From Macrostomum lignano (lineage: Eukaryota): 64,000 nucleotides of DNA. The stretch's first letter is position 1. Each line of letters starts with the position of its first letter. The translations under genes and the position numbers were made by a program. Below, in pieces: positions 25,945-37,500 of the stretch. The stretch is from the NCBI GenBank assembly GCA_002269645.1, contig NIVC01001742.1, positions 61,740 to 125,739 on the forward strand, in the 5' to 3' direction. Under the pieces are notes generated by a model. It was not told the DNA's origin and made no database searches. It saw only the letters and a program-made list of their open reading frames with translations.

Positions 25945-26400
25945 CTGAGCAGATGAGAGAATCTCATGTAGAGATTTTGAGCAGATGGGAGAATCTCATG
26001 CAGAGATTCTGATCAGATGGGAGAATCTCATGCAGAGATTCTGATCAGATGGGAGAATCTCATGCAGAGATTCTGATCAGATGGGAGAATCTCATGCAGA
26101 GATTCTGATCAGATGGGAGAATCTCATGCAGAGATTCTGATCAGATGGGAGAATCTCATGCAGAGATTCTGACCAGATGGGAGAATCTCATGCAGAGATT
26201 CTGACCAGATGGGAGAATCTCATGTAGAGATTTTGAGCAGATGGGAGAATCTCATGCAGAGATTCTGATCAGATGGGAGAATCTCATGCAGAGATTCTGA
26301 TCAGATGGGAGAATCTCATGCAGAGATTCTGACCAGATGGGAGAATCTCATGCAGAGATTCTGACCAGATGGGAGAATCTCATGCAGAGATTCTGAGCAG
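25945..26400. repeat. 32-bp minisatellite with internal hairpin
   Basis: agatgggagaatctcatgcagagattctgatc, about 14 copies. Confidence 0.93.
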
Positions 26401-26494
26401 TGAAAAATCTCAGAGAGTTTTCAAGGAGAAGGCAAAAGTGTTCTGAATAAATATCTATAAAAAGAAACTCGGCAAAAAGCCCGAAAATGCTTAC

Positions 26495-26635
26495 CTTCGG
26501 ATAGTCAACCTCGTAGATTTTGATGGAGAGCAGATCGTGATTATCAGACAAATCCCCAGTCATAGCGCTGGCCCCAAAAATGAAATGAGTTGGCAGGCGA
26601 ACGTTGGTTACTCGAAGACAGCGCTGCCACATTCC
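26495..26635 (-). CDS. LMAN2: VIP36-like lectin, exon 4
   Basis: GMWQRCLRVTNVRLPTHFIFGASAMTGDLSDNHDLLSIKIYEVDYPK; caacag acceptor, gtaag donor. Confidence 0.93.
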
Positions 26636-26974
26636 CTGTTGAAAAAAAACACGAAAATTGGGCACGCATTTACTTCTCAATACTACTTAGTTAGTAGTCA
26701 GGTATGTTATTTTACTTACAACGCTTTTTAATAACGAATTAAAATTAATTCCAAACAAAACACGATGTAATTTACAGAGTTTTGGAATTTACAAACAATA
26801 TTACGCTGCACTATCTTTAAGTATAGATAGACTAGCCACTCTATGGCCTTACAATTATTGCAAGAAAATACTGTTTGCCTATGAAAATGCACAATTAATT
26901 AATTTTGTTATTGAAACTATATACATACTACTATTAAGAACAAACCAAGGCGAGGCTTACTGGGGTATTTGCTG

Positions 26975-27710
26975 AGATTTCAAGGCCTATGGGGGAATTG
27001 CTGAGATGTCAAGGCCTATGGGGGAATTGCTGAGATGTCAAGGCTGAGGGGGGAATTGCTGAGATGTCAAGGCTGAGGGGGAATTGCTGAGAAGTCAAGG
27101 CTGAGGGGGAATTGCTGAGATGTCAAGGCCTATGGGGGGAATTGCTGAGATGTCAAGGCCTATGGGGGGAATTGCTGAGATGTCAAGGCTGAGGGGGGAA
27201 TTGCTGAGATGTCAAGGCTGAGGGGGGAATTGCTGAGATGTCAAGGCTGAGGGGGGAATTGCTGAGATGTCAAGGCTGAGGGGGGAATTGCTGAGATGTC
27301 AATGCTAACCGGGGGAATTGCTGAGAAGTCTAGGTTGACGGGGGAATTGCTGAGATGTCAAGGCTGACGGGGGGGATTGCTGAGATGTCAAGGCTGACGG
27401 GGGGAATTGCTGAGATGTCAAGGCTGACGGAGGGAATTGCTGAGATATCAAGGCTGACGGAGGGAATTGCTGAGATGTCAAGGCTGACGGGGGGAATTGC
27501 TGAGATGTAAGGCTGACTGGGGAATTGCTGAGATGTCAAGGCTGACGGGGGAATTGCTGAGATGTCAAGGCCTATGGGGGGAATTGCTGAGATGTCAAGG
27601 CTGAGGGGGGAATTGCTGAGATGTCAAGGCTGAGGGGGGAATTGCTGAGATGTCAATGCTAACCGGGGGAATTGCTGAGAAGTCTAGGTTGACGGGGGGG
27701 AATTGCTGTG
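26975..27710. repeat. ~30-bp minisatellite with G-runs (gaattgctgagatgtcaaggctgagggggg)
   Basis: About 24 copies. Confidence 0.93.
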
Positions 27711-27809
27711 TTGTCACGGCTTAGAGGTCAGAAGTTTAAGATGCAGTTTATTCAACATTTTTATTCCATTCTTTGCTGGCTCCTTAACGGGAGGATTGCT
27801 AGCACAAAC

Positions 27810-28107
27810 CTTATTGTCAATATCGGTAGACACGGTCAGCACATTGTCAACGTAGCTAATAGCAGCCAAAGTGTCATGATCCCGATTGCGAAATTTCGCT
27901 GTACAACCCGCCAACTGCGAATGGGTGCCGTCGCGGTCGTGATCGTAACTATGGCTACCGTTGCTAACCATAGCCGATATGTAGGGATGATCGTGGCTAT
28001 GCGGGCCGTTGTGATTGCTGTAGGTGTCAAAGAATACGCCTAGGCCGCGGAACTGGTCCTGGTTGCCGAATACTGGGCCCGCAAACCGGTTGCTGGGGTC
28101 CACGTAC
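27810..28107 (-). CDS. LMAN2: VIP36-like lectin, exon 3 (carbohydrate-binding core)
   Basis: GPVFG..DQFRGLGVFFDTY.N...HPYISAMVSNGS.SYDH.RDG...LAGCTAKFRNRDHDT; splice phases fit both neighbours. Confidence 0.95.
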
Positions 28108-28134
28108 CTGCGGAATGACAGCGGTTTTTGGGCG

Positions 28135-28580
28135 ATTTTCATGGTGGGTTGGGGGCGATCCTCATGGTGGTTTGGGGGCGATCCTTATGGTGGGTTGGGG
28201 ACGATTCTCATGGTGGTTTGGGGGCGATTCTTATGGTGGGTTGAGGACGATTCTCATGGTGGTTTGGGGGCGATCCTTATGGTGGGTTGAGGACGATTCT
28301 CATGGTGGTTTGGGGGCGATCCTCATGGTGGGTTGGGGCGATTCTTATGGTGAGTTAGGGCGATTCTTATAGTGGGTTAGGGGCGATTCTCATAATGGGT
28401 TGGGGCGATTCTTATGGTTGGTGGGGGGCGATACTCATAATGGGTTGGGGCGATTCTTATGGGGGGTTGGGAGCGATTCTCATGGTGGGTTGGGAGCAAT
28501 TCTTGTGGTGGGTTGGGGGAGATTCTCATGGCGGGTCGGGGCGATTCTTAGGGCGGGTGGGGGCGATTCTTATGGTCGAA
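28135..28580. repeat. ~26-bp G-rich minisatellite (gggcgattctcatggtgggttg)
   Basis: Tandem diverged copies. Confidence 0.88.
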
Positions 28581-28713
28581 CGGATCTTGAATGAATACTT
28601 TGGTTTCTGAGTTATGGAAGAGCCTAAACGATAGCCTATACGAGAACGAGTGTATGAGTTTTTGAACAAATTCGATAGACAATATGTTTATCTTTTTCAA
28701 TTAGAATAACCTT

Positions 28714-29016
28714 CCCGATGAAAACGGTACCTAGGCCAAGAATCGTTCCAGAGTCACGTGCATCACTACATGAATTAGAATCGAATTTCGTATTTATAGA
28801 CTCTTAGACGACTTTTTTGCGACTCTTTCGAGAGTACACTTCTGCAACTCACGTGATGCGTTCGTGACTCAGCAGTCGCCTCTTCCGTCGCATTCATTAA
28901 CAGTTGTTTGAGTCGTTAAAAAAGTCACAGGAGTTGCCCCAGTGTTGCTAGAGTCACTACTAATTTGTTTACAATGACTACTTAGCAATTCTTGTCCCGG
29001 TAACGTTTTCAACGGG
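28714..29016. mobile_element. MITE with CCCG termini, CMC/EnSpm-like
   Basis: TIR cccgatgaaaacggtacc vs reverse complement cccgttgaaaacgttacc (16/18); TT on both flanks; body similar to 53628-54095 and 56304-56715. Confidence 0.65.
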
Positions 29017-29070
29017 TTTAATCAATGCACCTAATAGACTAAAAGCTACAAATATCAAATGAAATTCTAC

Positions 29071-29257
29071 CAGAATGCAAAGCCGTCGCCAAACAGATTG
29101 CTAGCAGATCCGTGCACTCGAAAGTGCAGATGAGCCTCCCAATTGCGCATAGTAACTGGGGTGGTGCACCAGACAGAGCCAGACTGAGACGCTGTATCCG
29201 AGGTCATGCGAACATACTCGGATGTTATCAATGTGGTGCCGCCAAAATCCCATGAGC
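29071..29257 (-). CDS. LMAN2: VIP36-like lectin, exon 2
   Basis: SWDFGGTTLITSEYVRMT...GSVW...WE.HLHFRVHG...LFGDGFAFW; phase 1 in, phase 2 out. Confidence 0.95.
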
Positions 29258-30062
29258 CTTGACAGTTTAATGTCAAATTTACAAACTAATTATTAGTCAA
29301 GTTTGAGACAAAGTCCAAGAATATAGAAAGTCCACACTAGCCAGCTAGTATTAGTACACAAAACTTATTTCAAGAAGTATTCATCTTAATTTAAAGAATA
29401 GAGTTTCGAAAATGAGATATTTACCTACTGAATTAGGCAATGCTATATAATTCTATAGATAATTCTATTATCAATATATCAATACACAATATAAGATCAA
29501 TATACACTTAGCAAAAAAACTTTTGTATTACTATTTATATTTTTATACTAAAATATTATTTTTTATACTTTTGGGATTTGAGCTAGGCTTAATTTAGGCT
29601 TCAAATACAAATATATAGAACATAGTGACAAACTTTATAAATAAATATCATAATCTTACAGAATTTGGGAGAAACAAATTACAAAATAGTGAAAGATTAA
29701 CAATTAATGGTAGGTCTATATCCATAGTCTATAGTGACATTGGCAACTAAACAGGGTAATAATAGGTCAACTAGAACAATTAGGTTGCTATATGCCTTCC
29801 ATGGAAACAGGCACCACTAGACAAACTCCTCCAAATGGCTATCAAACAGTGGCCTGAAGGTACTTTCCATGTCTTAAAAAAACTTTGCTTTGGCATCTGC
29901 CAATGTCTTTTCAAAGCAATTGGAGTGACCCTAAAGGTTGTTTGGGTCTACAAAGTTGAGATAGTGGTTAATAGCCAGATGATTTGGCAATTAATTGAAT
30001 TCTTATCACTAGAGATTGACTATGATTTTTTCTGTATGATTTGTTTTATCATGTTTAGTGTT

Positions 30063-30356
30063 CATACATGCGCAACAGTCGGCCGAGTCGGCCGATCCGG
30101 CTGACTGATTTGGCGGCCAACCAAGAAAGTCGCAAAAATGCCCACCCAAAAAATTCCTAAGTAGTACTAAGTAGCTGACGAGGCATTTTGGCTTAATAAG
30201 ACAGTTATAGTTACTCCTGCCGTTTACCCGAGGTTGCGTTAAATTTGCTTTACGGTTTTTTCACATGTAAGTCGCATTTTTGGCCAAAAACAATGTCGCA
30301 TTTTGTTAAAAACTAAGTCGCACGGCCGACCGAATTTTGGAGGTTGTGCATGTATG
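30063..30356 (-). mobile_element. hAT MITE carrying a 28S rRNA-like core (copy A)
   Basis: TIR catacatgcgcaac / gttgtgcatgtatg; perfect 8-bp TSD ttagtgtt; 28S-like segment at 30166-30229 on the minus strand. Confidence 0.85.
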
Positions 30357-31112
30357 TTAGTGTTTGACCATATTTCTTTGTGTTGCACTGATTTGTTGCA
30401 ATTTTGGTTAGCTTTTCATTTTCACAATAACTTTCTACCTTAGTCAATGTAATAAAGGAAATCAACTGGATTTATGTAACAATTTCTAATACTTATTTTA
30501 TTGTTAAAAGTAAGGTTTAATTCATGAAATTCATGAATCATGATTGGCAAAAGACTACATGATTTTTTTTTCCTTGTGATCATAATTTTTGTGATTATGA
30601 CCATGATCATGATCAATCCCTACTTATCACTAGTCTATGATTATTCTTATGCTACAAGGGACACTTCAAAGTTTTTAGCTATACCTCTGCTATTTGTCAT
30701 ATTAGCTTAAATTTTGACAGGCTTACAGAACAATATATGTGACTATGAAAGATAAAATTTCAAATAAATATCTTGCAGCATTCAGTCACTAGAGCCAGAT
30801 AACTTAAGCACCTCTGCCAATTTTCCAGTGGAGCTCATAGAACTGAATTGGGAGCACTTTTGTGCCATGATCTTTTATTATTATCGCAGCAGCCTTGATT
30901 GCCACCAATGCTACAATAGGCTATCAGCAGCTTTTGCAGAAGCTGCTTTCTTGCTTGCAACTGTCAACAACTGGCTCTACAAGTTTTGTCATGGCCAAGA
31001 CTTGTTGGAAGATAAGGAGCATACAAGCCAACCTTCAATTGTCACAATACTAAAACAGTGGCTTGTATCCACCAGCTAGTAGAAACTGACAGGTGGATAA
31101 CCTACAAGGAGA

Positions 31113-31433
31113 AGGGGCCATAGCCCAGTGGTCTAGCGCAGGCTTTGGTGTGCCAGCAACCCAGGCTCGATTCCAAGTGCAGTCACATTAATTTGGGGCT
31201 GAATTGGAATCTCGGCTTGGTTCTGCTTGAGCAATTAATGGCCTTGAGAGCCAACCCCCCAAGGCGCAGTGAAGTGTATATGCCTAACGATAATATAAAG
31301 TTAGGGCCGCTGTACACTCCTGTGTGAGTGTGTGCCTGCTCAGGGGAGTCGGCAGAATGGGTAGTAATGCCTCTCACCGGTTGTGTGCCTATGTGCCTAG
31401 GTACACACAACCCCCCTGCCTCTAATAAAATAA
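31113..31433 (+). mobile_element. Full-length tRNA-derived SINE
   Basis: A-box tagcccagtgg (31121), B-box ggctcgattcc (31164), aataaaataaa tail, 14-bp TSD aacctacaaggaga (31099-31112 / 31434-31447). Confidence 0.9.
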
Positions 31434-31814
31434 AACCTACAAGGAGATTGAGGCATCCCTAGGCATCAATTTGCCGCAATTGCCAAAATCCTTCATGACC
31501 ACATCAGCTTGTGCAAGCTGACCAGTCATTAGGTGCCTATCTGCTAGGGCATGAAATAGGCCAAGGTCAATTGGTACCATCAGATGCTACAAAAATATAG
31601 CAATAGAGCATCAAAGGCAGTTACCAACATTGTGACATCTGACAAGACTTGGGTATATTGCTACAAGCCAAAGTGTAAATGCCAGTCACAGGTGTGGACA
31701 TTTCTAAACAAGGTGCAACCAACAAAGGTTGTGCAAGGCAGGAGTATTAGCAAGCAAATGGTTGCACCTTTTTTCTGTTGCTCAGGTCATATGGCAATTG
31801 TGCAGCTGCTAAAC

Positions 31815-34409
31815 CATGGGTCCCCAACCTGCGGCCCGCGGGCCGCATGCGGCCCGCGAGCCCTTTTTGTGCGGCCCGCGGCACCTTCCAGTAGTTTGCA
31901 TTACATGCGGCCCGCCGAGTCTATCACTGGATTTCACTGCGGCCCCCGAAAATGTTAAAGTTTTCCTAGCTGTGGGGGTTGGGGGTAAGGGCTCTACTGC
32001 CTCTCTCTCTCTCATGAAAGCTAGTTTAGTTCAGTCGATATTTTCTCTCCCCCACAGTGCGCTGATTCAACCTCCGCTGATTCAACCCCTCACCGCTTCA
32101 AACCTCTCTCTCCATATCTGGCTACGCATGCGTGGGGGAAGGGGGAGTGACGCACAACACAACCCCCCACTTTCCCTCCCCCCGCACTAGTATATTCTCG
32201 CTAGCAGTTTATTGGCTGCTTCTTTCTCACTGTACAATGAAACGGCCTGACGGGTCTGCGGCCCAAAGCCTCGCTGGGGTGGCATTTCGTCTCTAGTCCA
32301 GCCCATAGTTCTTGTAACCAATAGAAACTTATCGATTTTTCTTCTACACCCTTTTTCATGGGTGTACATTGTTTATTGGCCCTTAAATGCCAGTAGAGTT
32401 CCTTAAAATGGTGGACCAGTAGCAAGGAGTAACTCTATAACTCAGTAACTCTATAGTTCCAGATGGCACACGCTGCAAAAAAGAGGAAGATCGCGGAGGA
32501 GAAGCGCTCCTTTAATGCCGACTGGTGTCAGTTCTTTTTCGTGGAGCGCAAGGGGAAGCCGCTGTGTGTCATCTGCCAGGAGACGACCGCCGTATGCAAG
32601 GAGTTCAATGTGAAGCGGCACTTCACCACGAACCATGCCAAGTTTGTGGACATGCCGGAGGACAAGCGCAAGACTGAGTTCACTCGCTTGGCAGCCAACT
32701 TGGACCGGCAGAATGCCCTCTTTAAAAAGCCTGTGAATCTGGCTCAATCTGCCGCAATCCGCAACACGCGCGCCAGCTACCGAGTTGCCCACCTGGTAGC
32801 GACCCAGCTAAAGCCCTTCACCGACGGGGCATTTGTAAAGGAGTGCATGATGGCCGCTGTAGAGGAAGTCTGCCCAGAAAAAAAGGATCTCTTCACCAAC
32901 ATCAGCCTCTCTGCTTCCACCATCACTCGCCGCATTGAAGAGATGGCAATCGACATTCGTTCAACGCTTAAGCAGCGCTGCCACAGTGCACGTTTCTTCT
33001 CCATTGCCCTCGACGAGTCTACCGACGTCAAGGACACAGCTCAGCTCGCCATCTTCTTTCGTGGCGTCACGGACACCTTTGACGTAGTGGAAGAATTCGT
33101 CCGGCTGATGCCGATGCAAGGAACCACCACTGGTGCCGACATCCTGCAGTGCGTGCTAAAGTTGGTGCAGGAATTCGAGCTGGATCTATCACGCCTGTGT
33201 GCCATTACCACTGACGGTGCACCTGCCATGGTTGGGCCAACCAAGGGCTTTGCTTCCCTCCTGGTAAAGCACTGCCGGGACCAGGGACATATGCAGGACA
33301 TCATGCGCATCCACTGCATCGTACACCAAGAAGTCCTCTGTGCAAAGTCGACCACCATAACGTCCGTTATGGGCGTCGTGGTGAAGGCGGTGAATTTTGT
33401 GCTAGCTCGGGCCCTGAATCACCGCCAGTTCCGGGACTTGCTGTCAGAGGCCAAAGCACAGTATGGGGACCTTCTCTATTACTGTGAGGTGCGCTGGCTC
33501 AGCCGCGGGAAGATGCTGCAAAGAGTCTTCGATCTGAGGGAGGAGCTAGCCGACTTCTTGGATTCAAAGGGAGCTGCTGTCCAGGAGTTCACTGACCCAG
33601 CGTGGGTGCAAGACCTCGCCTTCCTTGTTGACCTGACTGGGCACCTCAACACCCTGAACACCCAGCTGCAAGGCCGTGGCGTCCTTGTGCCAGACATGAT
33701 AAACAAGATCAAGGCATTCGAGACCAAGCTCAGGCTGTGGGAAGCACAGATAAAGAATCGAGAGCTCACACACTTTCCCAACCTTGCAACTTTCGAGCTG
33801 ACTAATTCAGCTGCCCAGAAGTACGCTGACGCCCTTTCGGACCTGAGGGACGAGTTCGCCAACCGCTTCTCGGAGTTGCGAGCGAATTCAATGGAGCTGA
33901 AGCTATTCAGCAGCCCTTTCGACCTGGATGCTGATGAAGTGCCTGCCAATCTGCAGATGGAGCTCATTGAGCTTCATTGTTCTGACGAGCTCAAAGCAAA
34001 GTTCGGCTGCACCTCCCCAATGGGATTTTGGAGCCAGGGCATCAAGCCTGCTGACTTTCCAGGCCTCGTCCTACACGCCACGAAGATTGCTGCCATGTTT
34101 GGTTCTACATACGCATGTGAACAGCTCTTCAGCCGAATGAAGCTGACCAAGAGCAAAACTAGAGCGCAGTTGACTGACGGCCACCTCGAAGATGCACTGC
34201 TGCTCGCTGTTTCGTCGATCAAGCCAAATGTTGAACTGCTGTCGAAGGATAAGGAGCACCAGCCATCTCATTGATTTTGTTTGACATTTGGAAATGGACA
34301 TTTTTGCTTGGTTTTGTGTATTTCATGTTTTGTGTATTAGCATGCGGCCCGCACACACCAAGCCAGTTGTCAATGCGGCCCGCCGCCCATAGAAGGTTGG
34401 GGACCCCTG
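31815..34409 (+). mobile_element. Full-length autonomous hAT transposon, Buster/SPIN/Charlie group
   Basis: 16-bp TIRs catgggtccccaacct / aggttggggacccctg; perfect 8-bp TSD tgctaaac with central TA; subterminal gcggccc motifs. Confidence 0.95.
32463..34274 (+). CDS. hAT (Buster/SPIN, GTF2IRD2-like) transposase, 603 aa, intact and intronless
   Basis: N-terminal C2H2/BED-like finger (CVIC...HFTTNH); catalytic ALDEST, TTDGA, HCIVH, EVRW, YACEQLFS. Confidence 0.95.
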   Translation: MAHAAKKRKIAEEKRSFNADWCQFFFVERKGKPLCVICQETTAVCKEFNVKRHFTTNHAKFVDMPEDKRKTEFTRLAANLDRQNALFKKPVNLAQSAAIRNTRASYRVAHLVATQLKPFTDGAFVKECMMAAVEEVCPEKKDLFTNISLSASTITRRIEEMAIDIRSTLKQRCHSARFFSIALDESTDVKDTAQLAIFFRGVTDTFDVVEEFVRLMPMQGTTTGADILQCVLKLVQEFELDLSRLCAITTDGAPAMVGPTKGFASLLVKHCRDQGHMQDIMRIHCIVHQEVLCAKSTTITSVMGVVVKAVNFVLARALNHRQFRDLLSEAKAQYGDLLYYCEVRWLSRGKMLQRVFDLREELADFLDSKGAAVQEFTDPAWVQDLAFLVDLTGHLNTLNTQLQGRGVLVPDMINKIKAFETKLRLWEAQIKNRELTHFPNLATFELTNSAAQKYADALSDLRDEFANRFSELRANSMELKLFSSPFDLDADEVPANLQMELIELHCSDELKAKFGCTSPMGFWSQGIKPADFPGLVLHATKIAAMFGSTYACEQLFSRMKLTKSKTRAQLTDGHLEDALLLAVSSIKPNVELLSKDKEHQPSH

Positions 34410-35025
34410 TGCTAAACTAACGCATAGTGACTATGGTCTAGTATACTACATGTAGTGTCTGTTTGGTATAGGTCATTCATAGCCTAAGCAAAATACATCC
34501 AAAGTTAGATGCCTAAGGCTTGACACTACATTAAGACAATATGGAGCTCTTATATAGCTCAGGCAACATGGCAGTTTCTGCAGACTCTGGGACTATAGCT
34601 GACTAGTCACTTGCCATACTTGCCTAATCTAGCATTATGTGACTTTTGACTATAGAAGAAGCTATTGATATATTCGAAAAGATTGCTCCAAGTGGAACCA
34701 CTGCTTTGTCATTGGGTTTAAAAGGATGAGGTGCTACATCTAAGCTAGTGTAAAATACTTTAAGAAGCTATGAAAATTTTAGCTTCATAGCTGCTTCTGT
34801 TCAGATATAGCTAAAAACTTTTGTAGTGCCTTTTGTACCTATACATAGTTGTCTACAAACTAATCATGACAATATTTTGCTGCTGAAAGTACATGGCTAG
34901 TTGGCCTAAACATACAATCATATATTAATATTGCTTATTTGCAGAGGTAGCATTTTATGATTATAAAATTGTTAGCAATAATAAGGAGTTACAACATTGT
35001 TAACTAGTTCTAGATCATACATATG

Positions 35026-35175
35026 CAACCTTGGGAATCACTTGGCTATTTCTATTGGCAACACACATATGTAAGTCACTATTGGCTGAGAGTAGTCACG
35101 TGACTACTATTCTATCCAATAGCAACTTACATGTGTGTGTTGCCAATAGAAACAGCTGGGTGAATCCCTAGGTTG
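35026..35175. mobile_element. Palindromic ~150-bp MITE (copy 1)
   Basis: caaccttggga...tccctaggttg foldback centred on gtcacgtgac; second copy at 55754-55913. Confidence 0.8.
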
Positions 35176-36719
35176 TCCCTAAGCATGTTCTAGATCATAT
35201 AATTTCTTTGGATTATGCAATTCATTCATTGTTATAATAGTTGTAAATGCAATAGAGGTTTCCATGCCTATGATTTTCAATGCCTAGTATTTTGGTATCC
35301 TAGATTGCTTTTCTGTGTCCTAGTTTATAACACTTTTGGAAGTGATATATATAATAGGATTTCTTAATGTACAACAAGGGTACTTGCTATTTTTCAGTAT
35401 ATATTGGTATATATCTTGGTGTATATGACATAATATAATAGAAACACTATCAATGATATTTTTTAGTCCTAGTATACAAATGAGTTTCTATAATTTTTCT
35501 CTTACTAGACCTAGTATATACTATTATAGAATCCAAACTATAGGGGCTCACTTTCTATATTTTATATCAATTCTAATTTATAATCTAGATACAAAAAAGC
35601 AAACTGGAGTACCAAAATGCTAGGCACCAATAAGCACAGGCACTGATCTATAGATTGACAGTTTATAGGTACTCTAAAAAACCAAATACATTACTTATAG
35701 GCTATGTAAAGTTTCAAATCATCAATTTTGTAATGATACTATTAGACAAATACCAGTTGTTTGACCCCCAAACCATTTTGGCTATGGACATTTTGCCTCT
35801 AGACCATTCTGCCCATAGTCTGTTTCACTCATAAACCTGTTTGGCTATATAGTATAGGCATTTTGGCCAAAAAAGGATCATATAATTTAAAGATATAGTC
35901 ATACTTGTATCTTTATTTTCTTTTTTAATGCTAATTTTTAGTTTTAATGTATAATAAAATATGATCTAAATTGCTACTATAACAATTGAATTGTGTTTTT
36001 GGCTATTGCATTTTTTTTGCAATTGTGAATTATTATGAGTTTTTTTAAGTCAGTCCTTTTGAAAGTGTGACAATCAAAGCCAATTTGAACAATCAAAGGG
36101 CGAAATCCAAAAACGTGGGATAAAGTGGTAAAACAAATCTGCGGACTTTGAATGGAAGGTAATGTATCGGAAAAAGCATTTTAGAAGACAGGTAAGTCTT
36201 TAAAAAAGTTCAGGATACAAACTTTCATTTTGTATTTGAATAAACGAGTAAAACCACTAAAAAAGCATTTTTTAAAGTGTGTGTTGACACCTTTGCAATT
36301 TTTTTCACTTTTTTTGCAAATAAACAATTAATTATAGGACTTTTCAGCCTCAAATTAAGGCTAATTTTTGCTTTTGCTTACAAAGGAGAAATAATTCTAT
36401 GTTTTACTTTTTTTTTTTTAAAAAGAACAAGCAGTTCAAAAGATTTTGAACTTTTTCTAAAACCACCTAAACTCTCAAAAACTCGATACTAACTCAAAGT
36501 GCAAACTTTGCCAGCAAACCTTTTTCTTCCAAAGTAAGTATACCACCTATTTCTTGTTGCAAAATAATCTTTAAGATGTCTTCTTTGATTTAAGTATTGA
36601 CTTGTATGGTATTTTTTCATAAATAGGCCCATATTCAAGCTTTAAAAATTTCAGTCAAAAACTTTGGACCACATAATGTAAATCCGGATTACAAATCAAA
36701 TGCATCCTGTAGACGAAGT

Positions 36720-37400
36720 AAGCAATGAAATATAAACTTACAGTTAAATATGCATCATTGCGGCATGTATGCAAGAAAAAAAGATTTTTCTTGATAGGTA
36801 TTATAGAAGCTGAGAAAAATGCAATTTTCCAATCCTTATGGGAATTCTAATGTGTTACCTGGCTTCCAAAGTAAGCGCTTACTGTAAGCTTATTAAGCAA
36901 CCAGGTATCATGAAACTTCACTTAAATGTGTATCATTGCGGCATGTATGCAGGAAAAAAGAATTCTTGATAGGTATTGTAGAAGCTAAGAAAAATGTGAT
37001 TTTCCAATCTTTATGGGAATTCTAATGTGTTACCCGGCTTCCAAAGTAAGCGCTTACTATAAGCTTATTAAGCAACTAGGTATCATGAAACTTCACTTAA
37101 ATGTGTATCATTGCAGCATGTATGCAGGAAAAAAAGAATTTCTCAAATTGCTTCAGTAGAAGCCAAGTAAAATGCAATTTTCCAATCCTTATGGGAATTC
37201 CAATGTGTTACCTGGCTTCCAAATCAGATGCTTACTGTATGCATATTAATCAATGAAGAACAATGAAATTACACTTAAATATGTATAATTACAGCATATA
37301 TTCAGAAAAAAAGAATTTCTCAAGTCGTTTCAGTAGAAGCTGAGTAAAATGCAATTTTCTCATCCTTACAGAAATTGGTATGCTTAAAAAGAAACTTATG
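36720..37400. repeat. ~178-bp diverged tandem repeat, about 3.7 copies
   Basis: Anchor tg(c/t)atcattgc(g/a)gcatgtatgca at ~36750, 36929 and 37105, degenerate at ~37282. Confidence 0.85.
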
Positions 37401-37500
37401 TTGAATGCAGTATTTATTGCAGACGAACTCTAAAAAATACACATTGTCATAGTAACAAAAATGATAAACAAATAAACTCTCAAAAGAATTCTCAAAAGAA

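Noticed and set aside
25945-26400. CRISPR-like appearance of a 32-bp palindromic repeat array
   Set aside because: Units are head-to-tail with no spacers, there are no cas genes, and the context is a eukaryotic intron.
32451-34301. Antisense and alternative-frame ORFs over the two transposases and the GPCR
   Set aside because: Shadow ORFs expected in GC-rich coding DNA; no recognisable motifs.
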